DNA of 61,534 nt, counting the filler. It is 5 parts of 5 records of this genome, joined end to end, with 100 filler letters (N's around TTAATTAATTAA, not from the genome) between each part and the next. Parts side by side here need not be neighbours in the genome. Positions count along the whole stretch, not along the records: positions 38,605 to 44,444 come from DRR723986_5526; positions 44,545 to 52,580 come from DRR723986_5527; 3 more parts are not named here. One strand, 5' to 3'. Under the pieces are notes generated by a model. It ran no database searches. It was not told where the DNA came from and worked only from the letters and a program-made list of their open reading frames with translations. The first letter of the stretch is position 1. Every line of letters starts with the position of its first letter. Positions 39,957 through 48,996 of the stretch are shown here, one piece after another. The translations under genes and the position numbers were made by a program.

Positions 39957-41402
39957 ATGAAACGCCTGCGCAATGTAAAGATCGTGGCGACGCTGGGACC
40001 AGCATCAGACGCTTACGACATGATCGAAACGCTGCACAAGGCGGGGGCGGATGTGTTCCGGCTCAATATGAGCCACGGCAGCCACGAAGAAATCCGCGAG
40101 AAACACGCGATCATTCGCAAAGTTGAAGAAACCACCGGCAGCACCATCGGCATTCTGGCTGATTTGCAGGGGCCAAAACTGCGTGTGGGCGTGTTTGCAG
40201 GTGACAGCGAACACTTGGAGGAGGGCGCCAGCTTCCGACTGGACCTTGATCCGGCGGATGGCGATGCCTCACGGGTTTGCCTGCCGCATCCCGAGATTTT
40301 TGCCGCGCTTGAGCCGGGTGCAAGCCTGTTGGTCAATGACGGCAAGATCCGCCTCAAGGTCACCGATTGCGGGGCCGATTATGCCAATTGCGAGGTGATC
40401 ACCGGCGGTGTGATTTCCAACCGCAAAGGTGTGAACGTGCCGGATGTGGTGCTGCCACTGGCAGCGCTGTCGGACAAGGATCGCGCCGATCTGGAATTTG
40501 TTTGCGGTCTGGGCGTGGATTGGCTTGCGCTCAGCTTTGTACAGCGCCCCGAAGATGTGGATGAGGCGCGTGCGCTGGCACAGGGCCGCGCGGCGATTCT
40601 GTCGAAGATCGAGAAACCCTCTGCCGTGGACCGGTTTGATGACATTCTTGCCGTCAGCGACGGCATCATGGTGGCGCGGGGCGATCTGGGTGTGGAACTG
40701 CCGGTGCAGAATGTGCCGCCGATCCAGAAACGTCTGGTGCGCAAATGCCGTGCGGCGGCCAAGCCGGTGATTGTCGCCACACAGATGCTGGAAAGCATGA
40801 TCGAAAGCCCGATGCCGACCCGCGCCGAAGTGTCCGATGTGGCCACCGCGATCTATGAAGGCGCGGACGCCGTGATGCTGAGTGCGGAATCCGCAGCAGG
40901 GGATTATCCTGTACAGGCCGTCCAGACGATGGACAACGTTGCAACCGAGGTCGAGCAAGACCCGACCTATACCCAGATCATCGAGGCTTCGCGCAAGGCC
41001 GACCGGATGACCGTCGCGGATGGCATTGTTGCCGCCGCCCGCGAGATCGCTGAAACCACCGATATCAAGGCGATCTGCTGTTTCACACAAAGCGGGACAA
41101 CCGCATTGCTGACCGCCCGCGAGCGGCCCCGTGTGCCGATCATCGCCTTGACCCCGCTGGTTGGAACGGCGCGGCGTCTGGCGCTCAGCTGGGGCACCAA
41201 TTGCGTGATCACCGGCGAGTTGGAGCGTTTCAAAAGTGCCGTGGTCTCCGCCGCCAAAGCCGCCCGCAGCGAAGGGTTTGCCGGGCCGGAGGATCACATC
41301 GTGGTCACCGCCGGTGTGCCTTTCAACGTGCCGGGCAGCACCAACATCCTGCGGGTGGCACCTTGTGACGAAAGATTGATTTTTTCCTCTGATCCAGAGT
41401 AA
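39957..41402 (+). CDS. pyk: Pyruvate kinase
   Basis: KIVATLGPAS, RLNMSHG, DLQGPKLR, MVARGDLGVE, ATQMLESM. Confidence 0.97.
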   Translation: MKRLRNVKIVATLGPASDAYDMIETLHKAGADVFRLNMSHGSHEEIREKHAIIRKVEETTGSTIGILADLQGPKLRVGVFAGDSEHLEEGASFRLDLDPADGDASRVCLPHPEIFAALEPGASLLVNDGKIRLKVTDCGADYANCEVITGGVISNRKGVNVPDVVLPLAALSDKDRADLEFVCGLGVDWLALSFVQRPEDVDEARALAQGRAAILSKIEKPSAVDRFDDILAVSDGIMVARGDLGVELPVQNVPPIQKRLVRKCRAAAKPVIVATQMLESMIESPMPTRAEVSDVATAIYEGADAVMLSAESAAGDYPVQAVQTMDNVATEVEQDPTYTQIIEASRKADRMTVADGIVAAAREIAETTDIKAICCFTQSGTTALLTARERPRVPIIALTPLVGTARRLALSWGTNCVITGELERFKSAVVSAAKAARSEGFAGPEDHIVVTAGVPFNVPGSTNILRVAPCDERLIFSSDPE

Positions 41403-41432
41403 CCTACCCGCACAACGGGAGGAGAGGATGTT

Positions 41433-41657
41433 ATGGAGCCGGATCTTGCACTTGTTCTGGGTGTAGTCATCGCAGGTTTTTCTATCCCCTCTGTTCTCTC
41501 CGCCATGTCCGACAAGCGCGCGCCGCGTGCCTCTGCGTTGACCATTCTGATCGGTGGGGGGCTGATCTTGTTTGCCGTCCAGTCACAGCCAGGTGGTTAT
41601 TCTCTGGATGACGTGCCGGAAGTGTTCAGCAGGGTCTTCAACCGCTATTTGATCTGA
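41433..41657 (+). CDS. Small conserved membrane protein
   Basis: Strong RBS; two hydrophobic segments; lies between pyk and rpmI. Confidence 0.75.
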   Translation: MEPDLALVLGVVIAGFSIPSVLSAMSDKRAPRASALTILIGGGLILFAVQSQPGGYSLDDVPEVFSRVFNRYLI

Positions 41658-41707
41658 CGGTTCTTTTGGGGTGATCGCTGAAATCATGCGGCCTTGATTG
41701 TTGTCCC

Positions 41708-41736
41708 TTGCCAATCCCAATATTCCCGCCTATACG
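41708..41736 (+). promoter_or_regulatory. Sigma-70 promoter of rpmI-rplT
   Basis: TTGCCA-N17-TATACG. Confidence 0.55.
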
Positions 41737-41811
41737 CCCCTCTCATCCCGTGCGACCGGCCGAAGTGGCATGCCGAGTCGCGCGATCACCGACCCAAGAT
41801 AGGAGACGGAA

Positions 41812-42012
41812 ATGCCCAAGATGAAGACGAAATCGAGCGCCAAAAAGCGCTTTAAGATCTCGGCGACCGGCAAGGTCATCGGCAGCCAGGCTGGCAAACA
41901 GCACGGCATGATCAAGCGGACCAACAAATTCATCCGTAACGCACGTGGCACAACAGCTTTGTCTGAGCCCGATGCAAAGATCATCAAGGGCTTTATGCCC
42001 TACGACCGCTGA
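41812..42012 (+). CDS. rpmI: 50S ribosomal protein L35
   Basis: [15 protein letters not shown]. Confidence 0.98.
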   Translation: MPKMKTKSSAKKRFKISATGKVIGSQAGKQHGMIKRTNKFIRNARGTTALSEPDAKIIKGFMPYDR

Positions 42013-42027
42013 TAGAGGAGAGCTGAG

Positions 42028-42393
42028 ATGTCCCGAGTTAAAGGTGGTACAGTAACCCACGCCCGTCACAAGAAGATCATCAAAGCCGCCAAAGGCTATT
42101 ATGGTCGTCGTTCCAACGTCTTTAAGGTCGCCACACAGGCGGTCGACAAGGCCAACCAATACGCGACACGCGACCGCAAGAATCGCAAGCGGAATTTCCG
42201 CGCATTGTGGATCCAGCGGATCAACGCCGCCGTGCGTTCACATGACGAAGCGCTGACATACAGCCGTTTCATCAATGGCCTGAACATGGCCGGTATCGAA
42301 GTGGACCGTAAGGTTCTGGCCGATCTGGCCGTACATGAGCCCGAAGCCTTCGGCGCGATTGTAAAGCAGGCACAGGCTGCGCTGGCAGCCTAA
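42028..42393 (+). CDS. rplT: 50S ribosomal protein L20
   Basis: [25 protein letters not shown]. Confidence 0.98.
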   Translation: MSRVKGGTVTHARHKKIIKAAKGYYGRRSNVFKVATQAVDKANQYATRDRKNRKRNFRALWIQRINAAVRSHDEALTYSRFINGLNMAGIEVDRKVLADLAVHEPEAFGAIVKQAQAALAA

Positions 42394-42416
42394 GCCGGTT
42401 CAGATCTGGAATTGGA

Positions 42417-42445
42417 AAAGCCGCTCCGTTTGGAGCGGCTTTTTT
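42417..42445 (+). terminator. Bidirectional terminator after rplT
   Basis: aaaagccgctcc-gttt-ggagcggctttttt. Confidence 0.88.
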
Positions 42446-42469
42446 GTTTGTGCACGTGGGCGTGTCTGG

Positions 42470-43057
42470 TCACGCCGCTAGGCCGCCCAATGTGCCAGCC
42501 TGCCTGAGCCACTTTTCCGGCTGGCCCGGCTTGGGATGGCTGGCCCCGGCAAAATAGCTGATCTTGGCAGGTTTGATGCCAATGAACTTCAGGATCTGGC
42601 CGCGCAGTTGGTGCAGCATGGCACCCCGGTACATCAGGCTCAAAAACCACTTTGGCGAATCCGAAGTGAGCAAAACCCGCCCCGTGCGCCCGCCAAGCAT
42701 CGGCTTGGGCATGCTGCCGGGGGGTACGCGTGTGTCAAATGCGCGGCCGGGCAATAAGACGCGGTCAAACAGCCCCTTCAGTTTCGCAGGCAGGCTGCCC
42801 CACCACATCGGGGTGGCAAGGACGAAGTGTTCGCACCATTCAAGATCGCTCATCACGGTTTCGAGGGCCGGTTCCAGCGGTTTGGACTTTTTGTAGCCTG
42901 CAAATTCGTAATCCATATCAAAGTTCAGATCGTGCAGGTGCGTCAGGCGAACCTCATGGCCAGCGGCGCGGGCCGACTTGGCATAGCTATCGGCAAGCGC
43001 GTGGTTCAGTGAGTTGTCAGCGGGGTGTCCGTTGAGGACGAAAATGCGTTTGGGCAT
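42470..43057 (-). CDS. NAD(P)H-dependent flavodoxin-fold oxidoreductase
   Basis: LNGHP, PMWWGSLPAKLKGLFDR. Confidence 0.92.
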   Translation of the reverse strand: MPKRIFVLNGHPADNSLNHALADSYAKSARAAGHEVRLTHLHDLNFDMDYEFAGYKKSKPLEPALETVMSDLEWCEHFVLATPMWWGSLPAKLKGLFDRVLLPGRAFDTRVPPGSMPKPMLGGRTGRVLLTSDSPKWFLSLMYRGAMLHQLRGQILKFIGIKPAKISYFAGASHPKPGQPEKWLRQAGTLGGLAA

Positions 43058-43073
43058 GGGAATCTCCAATAAA

Positions 43074-43137
43074 TGACCGTGGTCAATTTGTTAGATTCAA
43101 AAATGACCATGGTCAATAACGAATTTGACCGCGGTCA
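43074..43137. promoter_or_regulatory. Three palindromic operators TGACC-N2-GGTCA
   Basis: Copies at 43074-85, 43104-15 and 43126-37 between divergent oxidoreductase and TetR genes. Confidence 0.85.
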
Positions 43138-43159
43138 AAAACCATGCCAAACAGACCCC

Positions 43160-43738
43160 ATGAAAGACGCCATCCAACCCCGTACCTTGAAAACCCGTGC
43201 CAAACTGACCGGCGCTGCCGAAGCCCTGATCGCAGATCACGGCTATGATGCCCTGCGCGTGGACGAGGTGGTAAAGGCCGCAGGTGTTGCCAAGGGCACC
43301 TTCTTTGCGCATTTCAAGGACAAGGATGCGCTCATGGATCTGCTGATCGGGGCCAAGATTGACGGGCTTCTGGATGATCTGGAACGCCAGCCTGTGCCAA
43401 GCTCTACCGCAGATCTGATCGCGGCAATGGATCCGATGATGCGGTTCATGACCTGCGAACGCTATGTGTTCGATGTGATCCTGCGCCACTCCGGGGCGGC
43501 GATGTCTGATCAAATCGGACCGATTGCAAACACCTTTGGCCGGCACCTGACCGTGGTTGCGGAATGGCTGCGTGACGGGCCGTTTCGGCGTGACATCTCT
43601 GCCCTGTTGATGGCCGAGGGGGTGCAGGCGTTTCTGGTGCAGGTGATGGCCCTGCATTTCTGCGCCATCCATGCGGATGTGGATATGCGGGACCGTTTGC
43701 TGGTTTATCTTGATGCATGGCTGATGCCCAAGGGCTAA
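43160..43738 (+). CDS. TetR/AcrR family transcriptional regulator
   Basis: HTH: GYDALRVDEVVKAAGVAKGTFFAHFKDKD. Confidence 0.93.
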   Translation: MKDAIQPRTLKTRAKLTGAAEALIADHGYDALRVDEVVKAAGVAKGTFFAHFKDKDALMDLLIGAKIDGLLDDLERQPVPSSTADLIAAMDPMMRFMTCERYVFDVILRHSGAAMSDQIGPIANTFGRHLTVVAEWLRDGPFRRDISALLMAEGVQAFLVQVMALHFCAIHADVDMRDRLLVYLDAWLMPKG

Positions 43739-43811
43739 TCCGGCCCGCTCTCCCTTGTAATCAGCCGCGTATCTGCTAGCACGTCAGCGGACTTTGAAGG
43801 ACGGGCGGACG

Positions 43812-44444
43812 ATGGACGATCTCAAGCAAAAATACCTGAGCCAGATTGCAGATGCTGCGGATGAAGCGGCGCTTGAGGATATCCGGCTTGCTGCGGTGGG
43901 CAAAAAGGGTGAAGTGGCGCTGAAAATGCGCGAGTTGGGCAAGATGACCCCGGAAGAGCGGCAAGTGGCCGGTCCCGCGCTGAACGCCCTCAAGGACGAG
44001 ATCAACAGCGCCCTTGCCGCCAAAAAGGCCGCACTGGGTGATGCGGCGCTGGATGAACGTCTGCGCAGTGAATGGCTGGACGTGACATTGCCAACCCGCG
44101 CCCGCCGCGAGGGCAGCATTCACCCGGTCAGCCAAGTGACCGAGGAGCTGACCGCGATTTTTGCCGAGATGGGGTTTTCTGTCGCGGAAGGGCCGCGCAT
44201 TGACACCGATTGGTACAACTTCGATGCGCTGAACATCCCCGGCCATCACCCGGCCCGCGCCGAGATGGACACGTTTTACATGAGCCGTGCCGAAGGTGAC
44301 AACCGCCCGCCGCATGTCCTGCGCACCCACACCAGCCCCGTGCAGATCCGCACGATGGAGGCCGAAGGCGCCCCGCTGCGCATCATTTGCCCCGGCGGCG
44401 TGTACCGTGCCGATTATGACCAGACCCATACGCCGATGTTCCAT
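43812..44444 (+). CDS. pheS: Phenylalanine--tRNA ligase alpha subunit (3' truncated)
   Basis: [36 protein letters not shown]. Confidence 0.97.
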
Positions 44445-44544
44445 NNNNNNNNNNNNNNNNNNNNNNNNNNNNNNNNNNNNNNNNNNNNTTAATTAATTAA
44501 NNNNNNNNNNNNNNNNNNNNNNNNNNNNNNNNNNNNNNNNNNNN
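44445..44544. other. Artificial contig join
   Basis: N-run plus TTAATTAATTAA. Confidence 0.99.
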
Positions 44545-44693
44545 CCACCTTCATCAGCCGCATCCGTCAGGACAGCACCATCGAGAACGGCATCAACCTG
44601 TGGTGTGTCTCTGACAACCTGCGCAAGGGCGCGGCGCTGAACGCCGTGCAGATCGCCGAAACGCTCGGCAGACGCGTGCTGAAAAAGGGCTGA
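44545..44693 (+). CDS. asd: Aspartate-semialdehyde dehydrogenase, C-terminal fragment
   Basis: Translates to TFISRIRQD...[21 protein letters not shown]. Confidence 0.93.
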
Positions 44694-44729
44694 GCCGAAA
44701 GGCCGCTTGACGATTCGACGAAGAAGATG

Positions 44730-44764
44730 AACCCTTCCTGCACATCCGAGCAGGAGGGGTTTTT
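44730..44764 (+). terminator. Terminator-like hairpin overlapping the next gene's RBS
   Basis: aacccttcctgc...gcaggaggggtt plus T run; ends 2 nt before ATG 44767. Confidence 0.7.
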
Positions 44765-44766
44765 CA

Positions 44767-46392
44767 ATGAGATTTCATATATTTGCGATTGGCGTTCTAA
44801 CGGCGGGCATGGCCCATGCCGACGATATTCCCGTGCGTGCCGACGTGACCCAAGCCACGATCTACGGCGGCGCGGCAGAGGTGACGCGCCAGGCGACGGT
44901 GACAGTCCCCGCAGGCGCGCACCGGTTGTTGGTGCCGGTCCCGGTTTACATGCAGGATGCCGGCGTCGTCAGTGCTGCGCTGGCCGATGGCACCCCGCTT
45001 GGTCCGGTTCGCATGGAATTGACCCCCGGTTTCGAAGACGGCCAGTTTGACACCGCTGCCCAAGCCGCCCTGCGCGCCCGGATCGAAGGCCTGGAGGCAG
45101 AGATTGAAGCGGCAGAGGATCGGCTTGCGAATATCCAGGCTGGGCTTGGTACGTTGGCGCTGCAACGGCGTTATCTGGAAAGCTATGCTGCCAACGGCTC
45201 GGGCGAAGTAACAGCGCCTGACGATATCGGCGCCGTGCTGAGCGTCTTGGGTCAGCAGATGGAGGGGCTGACGACGGAGCTGCTGGAGGGAGAGCACCAG
45301 CAGGATGAGCAGCTCGCCACAATCGCCGACTTGCAGGTGGAGTTGAGCGATGCGGAAGCAGAGTTGCGCGCGCTTTTCCCTTTGGGCGCGGACAGTATCG
45401 CTTTGGCGATCCCGATTGAGGTGACGGAAGACGCCGAACTGGCGGTTGATCTGACATATCTTGCCAGTGGCTTTGGCTGGGACATGACCTACACCGCAAG
45501 GCTGTCGACCGAGGATGGCGCGCTGACGCTGGCCCGCACCGCCCGGCTGGAAAGCTACTTGCCTGACCGTTGGGAAGAGGTCGCTCTGACCCTGTCCGGT
45601 GAGGAATGGGGGCAGGTCCTGGACATGACGGGCGTGTGGCCATCGCCTGCGCGTATCGAAGAAGAACGCCCACCAGAGATCTTTCAGGATCGGATTTCTG
45701 GTGGCGCCTTTGTTGCCCCGGCTTTGGAACCCGTTGTCGTGGTCGAGGACTCTGCTTCATTCGATAGCATCGGTTTGTCCTTCAGCGCGACTGTAGCCGA
45801 CCCCCAGACGTTGAGCGAGGGCGCGGAAACGCTGGTGCCCTTCGATACGCTAAGCTTCGATCCAGAGGTAACCATCGAGGCAAATCCGCGCCACGACGAC
45901 ACCGCTTTCCTGATCGCGCGGGCCGAGAACACAACCGGCCAGCCGCTGATTCCCGGTGAGATGGCCGTTTATCGCGATGCAGCTTTCCTGTCGGATCTGT
46001 ATCTGGACACCGTCCCCCCCGGTGGCGAGGTGGAGCTGCCCTTCGGGTCGGTCGATCACCTGCAACTCTTCTGGCGCGACCTGTCGCGGAACGAGGGGGA
46101 TGAGGGCTTCTTCAACCGCTCGAACGTGCAGCGGCAGGTGGTGGAGTTTGGGGTGACCAATGTCTCGGACCAGCCGGAGGATGTGCGCATCCTTTACGCG
46201 GTGCCTTATTCGGAGCAGGACGATCTGGAACTGGACCTGACCCTCTCCATCGCGCCAAGCGTCGAAAATCTCGACGGGCGGCGCGGCATTCATGCCTGGG
46301 ATCTGACCGTGGGGCCGGGCGAAACCCGCACGATCCGGATGGAGGCAGAGATGTCCTGGCCCGAAGGCTACGACCTTTACTGGCGACCGTAA
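44767..46392 (+). CDS. DUF4140/DUF4139 (MuiA-like) secreted protein
   Basis: Signal peptide, ATIYGGAAEVTR, coiled coil, WEEVALTLS, LPFG; C-terminal beta-rich domain. Confidence 0.85.
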   Translation: MRFHIFAIGVLTAGMAHADDIPVRADVTQATIYGGAAEVTRQATVTVPAGAHRLLVPVPVYMQDAGVVSAALADGTPLGPVRMELTPGFEDGQFDTAAQAALRARIEGLEAEIEAAEDRLANIQAGLGTLALQRRYLESYAANGSGEVTAPDDIGAVLSVLGQQMEGLTTELLEGEHQQDEQLATIADLQVELSDAEAELRALFPLGADSIALAIPIEVTEDAELAVDLTYLASGFGWDMTYTARLSTEDGALTLARTARLESYLPDRWEEVALTLSGEEWGQVLDMTGVWPSPARIEEERPPEIFQDRISGGAFVAPALEPVVVVEDSASFDSIGLSFSATVADPQTLSEGAETLVPFDTLSFDPEVTIEANPRHDDTAFLIARAENTTGQPLIPGEMAVYRDAAFLSDLYLDTVPPGGEVELPFGSVDHLQLFWRDLSRNEGDEGFFNRSNVQRQVVEFGVTNVSDQPEDVRILYAVPYSEQDDLELDLTLSIAPSVENLDGRRGIHAWDLTVGPGETRTIRMEAEMSWPEGYDLYWRP

Positions 46393-46408
46393 GCCAAAGG
46401 GCCGGGCG

Positions 46409-46720
46409 TCAGAACCGCTCGGCCCGCAGCACCTCGCAATCGGTGACGCTGACCACGCCGATATGGCGGTCCACCACGGCAAAGGCCGCATCCAGCAGCG
46501 CGTCCAGTCGCTCGGGCTTGATGATGCAGACCACGGCCAGCATCCCGCCCGCGCGGCTGACCTGTCCGGCGCGGCTCCATTCCCCTGACCGGCCTGATCC
46601 GCCCTTGACGGGCAGGATGGTATAGCCGGTCACATCCGCCTTTCGCAGCGCTTCTGTCAGGCGGCGTTCCATCATCGACTCGATGATGATCTCTACACGT
46701 TTTGCCTTGTGGGTCTGCAT
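46409..46720 (-). CDS. sbtB: SbtB-like PII-family regulator
   Basis: KRVEIIIE, GYTI..V.GGSGR, C-terminal EVLRAERF; directly follows sbtA. Confidence 0.85.
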   Translation of the reverse strand: MQTHKAKRVEIIIESMMERRLTEALRKADVTGYTILPVKGGSGRSGEWSRAGQVSRAGGMLAVVCIIKPERLDALLDAAFAVVDRHIGVVSVTDCEVLRAERF

Positions 46721-46723
46721 GGG

Positions 46724-47710
46724 TCAGCCTCCGGTCACGGTGCGGGCAATGGCCAGATATATCGGGATGCCCAAGGTCAGGTTGAAGGGGAAGGTCACGC
46801 CAAGCGACAGCGTCAGGTAAATGGACGGGTTCGCCTCTGGCAGGGCCACGCGCATGGCGGCGGGGACCGCGATATAGGAGGCTGAGGCCGACAGCACCAT
46901 GAACAGCGCCACACCCCCCGCCGACAGGCCGATCAGCATCCCGGCGGCAAGACCAAAGACGCTGCCCACCAATGGCATCACGATCCCGAAGGCCAGCAGG
47001 CCGGGCCGCAAGACCCCCGTCGCACTGCGCAGGCCACGCCCCGCGACCAGCCCCATATCCAGCAGGAACAGGCACAGAACCCCTTGGAAGGGCGCAACGA
47101 TGAAGCTTTCGATCCGCGCCAACCCGTCTGCCCCGGTGATCGCCCCGATCAGGAAAGACCCGATCAGCAGCACGATAGAACCATTCAGCAGAATTTCCCG
47201 CAGTAGTTCGCCGTCCATCTCTTCGCTGTTTGATTTGTCGCCGTATCGCGCAATCAGCCAAAGCGCGGCCAGGATCGCAGGGGCCTCCATCGCGGCGGCA
47301 ACGGCAACCATGAAGCCCTCGCTTGTCAGGCCAGCCGAGTCGAGCACAGACGTGCCCGCCACGAAGGTCACGATAGAGATCGACCCGTAATGCGCAGCGA
47401 CGGCAGCGGCGTTGGTGACGTCCAGCCCCGACATGACGCGCAGCAAAGCAAAGGCGATCAGCGGCAAGAGGAAGGACAGAACCACGCCCGCCACCAAAGA
47501 CAGGATCAGCGTTGTATCGACCCCGTGCGACGCCACGCTGGCCCCGCCTTTGAAGCCGATGGCAAAGAGCAGGTACAAAGACATCGCCTTGGCCACCGCC
47601 TCCGGCACTGTCAGGTCGGATTTCGCATAGGCCGCAGCAAAGCCAAGCACGAAAAAGAGAATGATGGGCGACAGCAGGTTCTCTGCCGCCAGCGAAAGTA
47701 TCTGGTCCAT
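46724..47710 (-). CDS. sbtA: Sodium-dependent bicarbonate transporter SbtA family
   Basis: YLLFAIGFKGG, AAHYGSISIVTF, FLLDMG, SASYIAVPAAMR, TFPFN. Confidence 0.93.
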   Translation of the reverse strand: MDQILSLAAENLLSPIILFFVLGFAAAYAKSDLTVPEAVAKAMSLYLLFAIGFKGGASVASHGVDTTLILSLVAGVVLSFLLPLIAFALLRVMSGLDVTNAAAVAAHYGSISIVTFVAGTSVLDSAGLTSEGFMVAVAAAMEAPAILAALWLIARYGDKSNSEEMDGELLREILLNGSIVLLIGSFLIGAITGADGLARIESFIVAPFQGVLCLFLLDMGLVAGRGLRSATGVLRPGLLAFGIVMPLVGSVFGLAAGMLIGLSAGGVALFMVLSASASYIAVPAAMRVALPEANPSIYLTLSLGVTFPFNLTLGIPIYLAIARTVTGG

Positions 47711-47765
47711 TTCGTCCCCTCGTCCGACGGAGCCCCGGAGGCCGCACGGACGGTTCCGAAATTCC

Positions 47766-48416
47766 CTACACTTTTACAAAGGATTTAGCGTCTGTATCGT
47801 ACATTTCCAAGGCCCCTGACGCGATTTCGTTCCAAAGACCGTGCAGGCTAAGCCGCCCTGCCTCGACCGCCTCGGATACGAAGGGGAAGGTCATCAAGTT
47901 GGCCAGAGACACCAGAACCGACTGCTTTTCCAGGGCTTGCTGGCGTTCGTGTTCATCGTTGATGCTGGCGGTCTCCTCGCAGGCAGGACGCAGGATATCC
48001 ATCCAGCGGCCAACGAAGCTGGTGGGCTTTTCCAGTTCCGGCGCATTGCCCGACACCATCTGGATGCAGCCGTTCACACCACCGCAATTGGAATGGCCAA
48101 GCACCATGATGTTCGCGACCTTCAAGGCCGAAACCGCATATTCCACCGCTGCTGACGTGCCGTGGTGATCGCCGTCGGGCGCATAGGGCGGCACCAGATT
48201 GGCGATGTTGCGGTGGATGAAGAACTCACCCGATTCCGCGCCGAAGATCGAGGTCACATGCACCCGGCTGTCGCAGCAGGAAATCACCATGGCGCGCGGG
48301 CGCTGGCCTTCTTCTGCCAGACGACGGAACCAGGCCTGGTTCTGGGCATACTCGGTTGCTTTCCAGCTGTGGTAGCGCCTGGTCAGGTAAGTCGGCAGGG
48401 GAGAGACGTAGTCCAT
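47766..48416 (-). CDS. Beta-class carbonic anhydrase
   Basis: CCDSRV, RNIANLVPP, GHSNCGG. Confidence 0.95.
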   Translation of the reverse strand: MDYVSPLPTYLTRRYHSWKATEYAQNQAWFRRLAEEGQRPRAMVISCCDSRVHVTSIFGAESGEFFIHRNIANLVPPYAPDGDHHGTSAAVEYAVSALKVANIMVLGHSNCGGVNGCIQMVSGNAPELEKPTSFVGRWMDILRPACEETASINDEHERQQALEKQSVLVSLANLMTFPFVSEAVEAGRLSLHGLWNEIASGALEMYDTDAKSFVKV

Positions 48417-48557
48417 GAATGTTCCTCAGTCGTCACGTCGCCCCTGATAGGCTGCATTCCATGAAAGTTCGAGGTTTTTTTGGTCGCGGGCCTAACGGTT
48501 TCTTCAGCAAGCGGCGCCAATCTCCGCATATCCGTGGGGGCGGAAGTGGAGTGAGTG

Positions 48558-48941
48558 ATGACGCAGGACGTAAGCTTTTTGCGACCGGAGGAACCCGCGC
48601 GGTTCAATCCAGACAGGCTGGAACGCCTATGCGATGAGATCGGAGAGATCAGGGCAGAGCATGAAGTGGCCAGCGCGTTGCAAGCGATCAGCACGCATCT
48701 GCAAACGCTGCGCCGCATCCAGTTGGCGGGTGCGGCAGAATGCATTGCCGGTCCGGCGCGCGATCTCGCAACCGCATCGGACCGGATCGGCATGGCATCA
48801 TTGGCGCGGGTTGCACGGGATGTGCTGACATGTTTGGACAGGCGTGATCCCGTCTCGCTGGCAGCGACCCATGCGCGCCTTTTACGCGTCGGAGAGCGAT
48901 CCATCCACGCAATCTGGGATCTGGAGGACGTCTCGGGCTGA
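48558..48941 (+). CDS. Hypothetical protein, HPt-like helical bundle
   Basis: L.RL...IG, ARDL...SDRIGM..LARVARDV; GGAG RBS. Confidence 0.6.
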   Translation: MTQDVSFLRPEEPARFNPDRLERLCDEIGEIRAEHEVASALQAISTHLQTLRRIQLAGAAECIAGPARDLATASDRIGMASLARVARDVLTCLDRRDPVSLAATHARLLRVGERSIHAIWDLEDVSG

Positions 48942-48996
48942 TCCACCTTGCAGACACGGCCCGTCACGCTAGGCTGTTGCAACTCAATTGTGACGG

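Noticed and set aside
46377-47747. 456-aa minus-strand ORF overlapping sbtA-sbtB
   Set aside because: Alternative-frame Arg/Gly-rich artefact; sbtA and sbtB frames carry the family motifs
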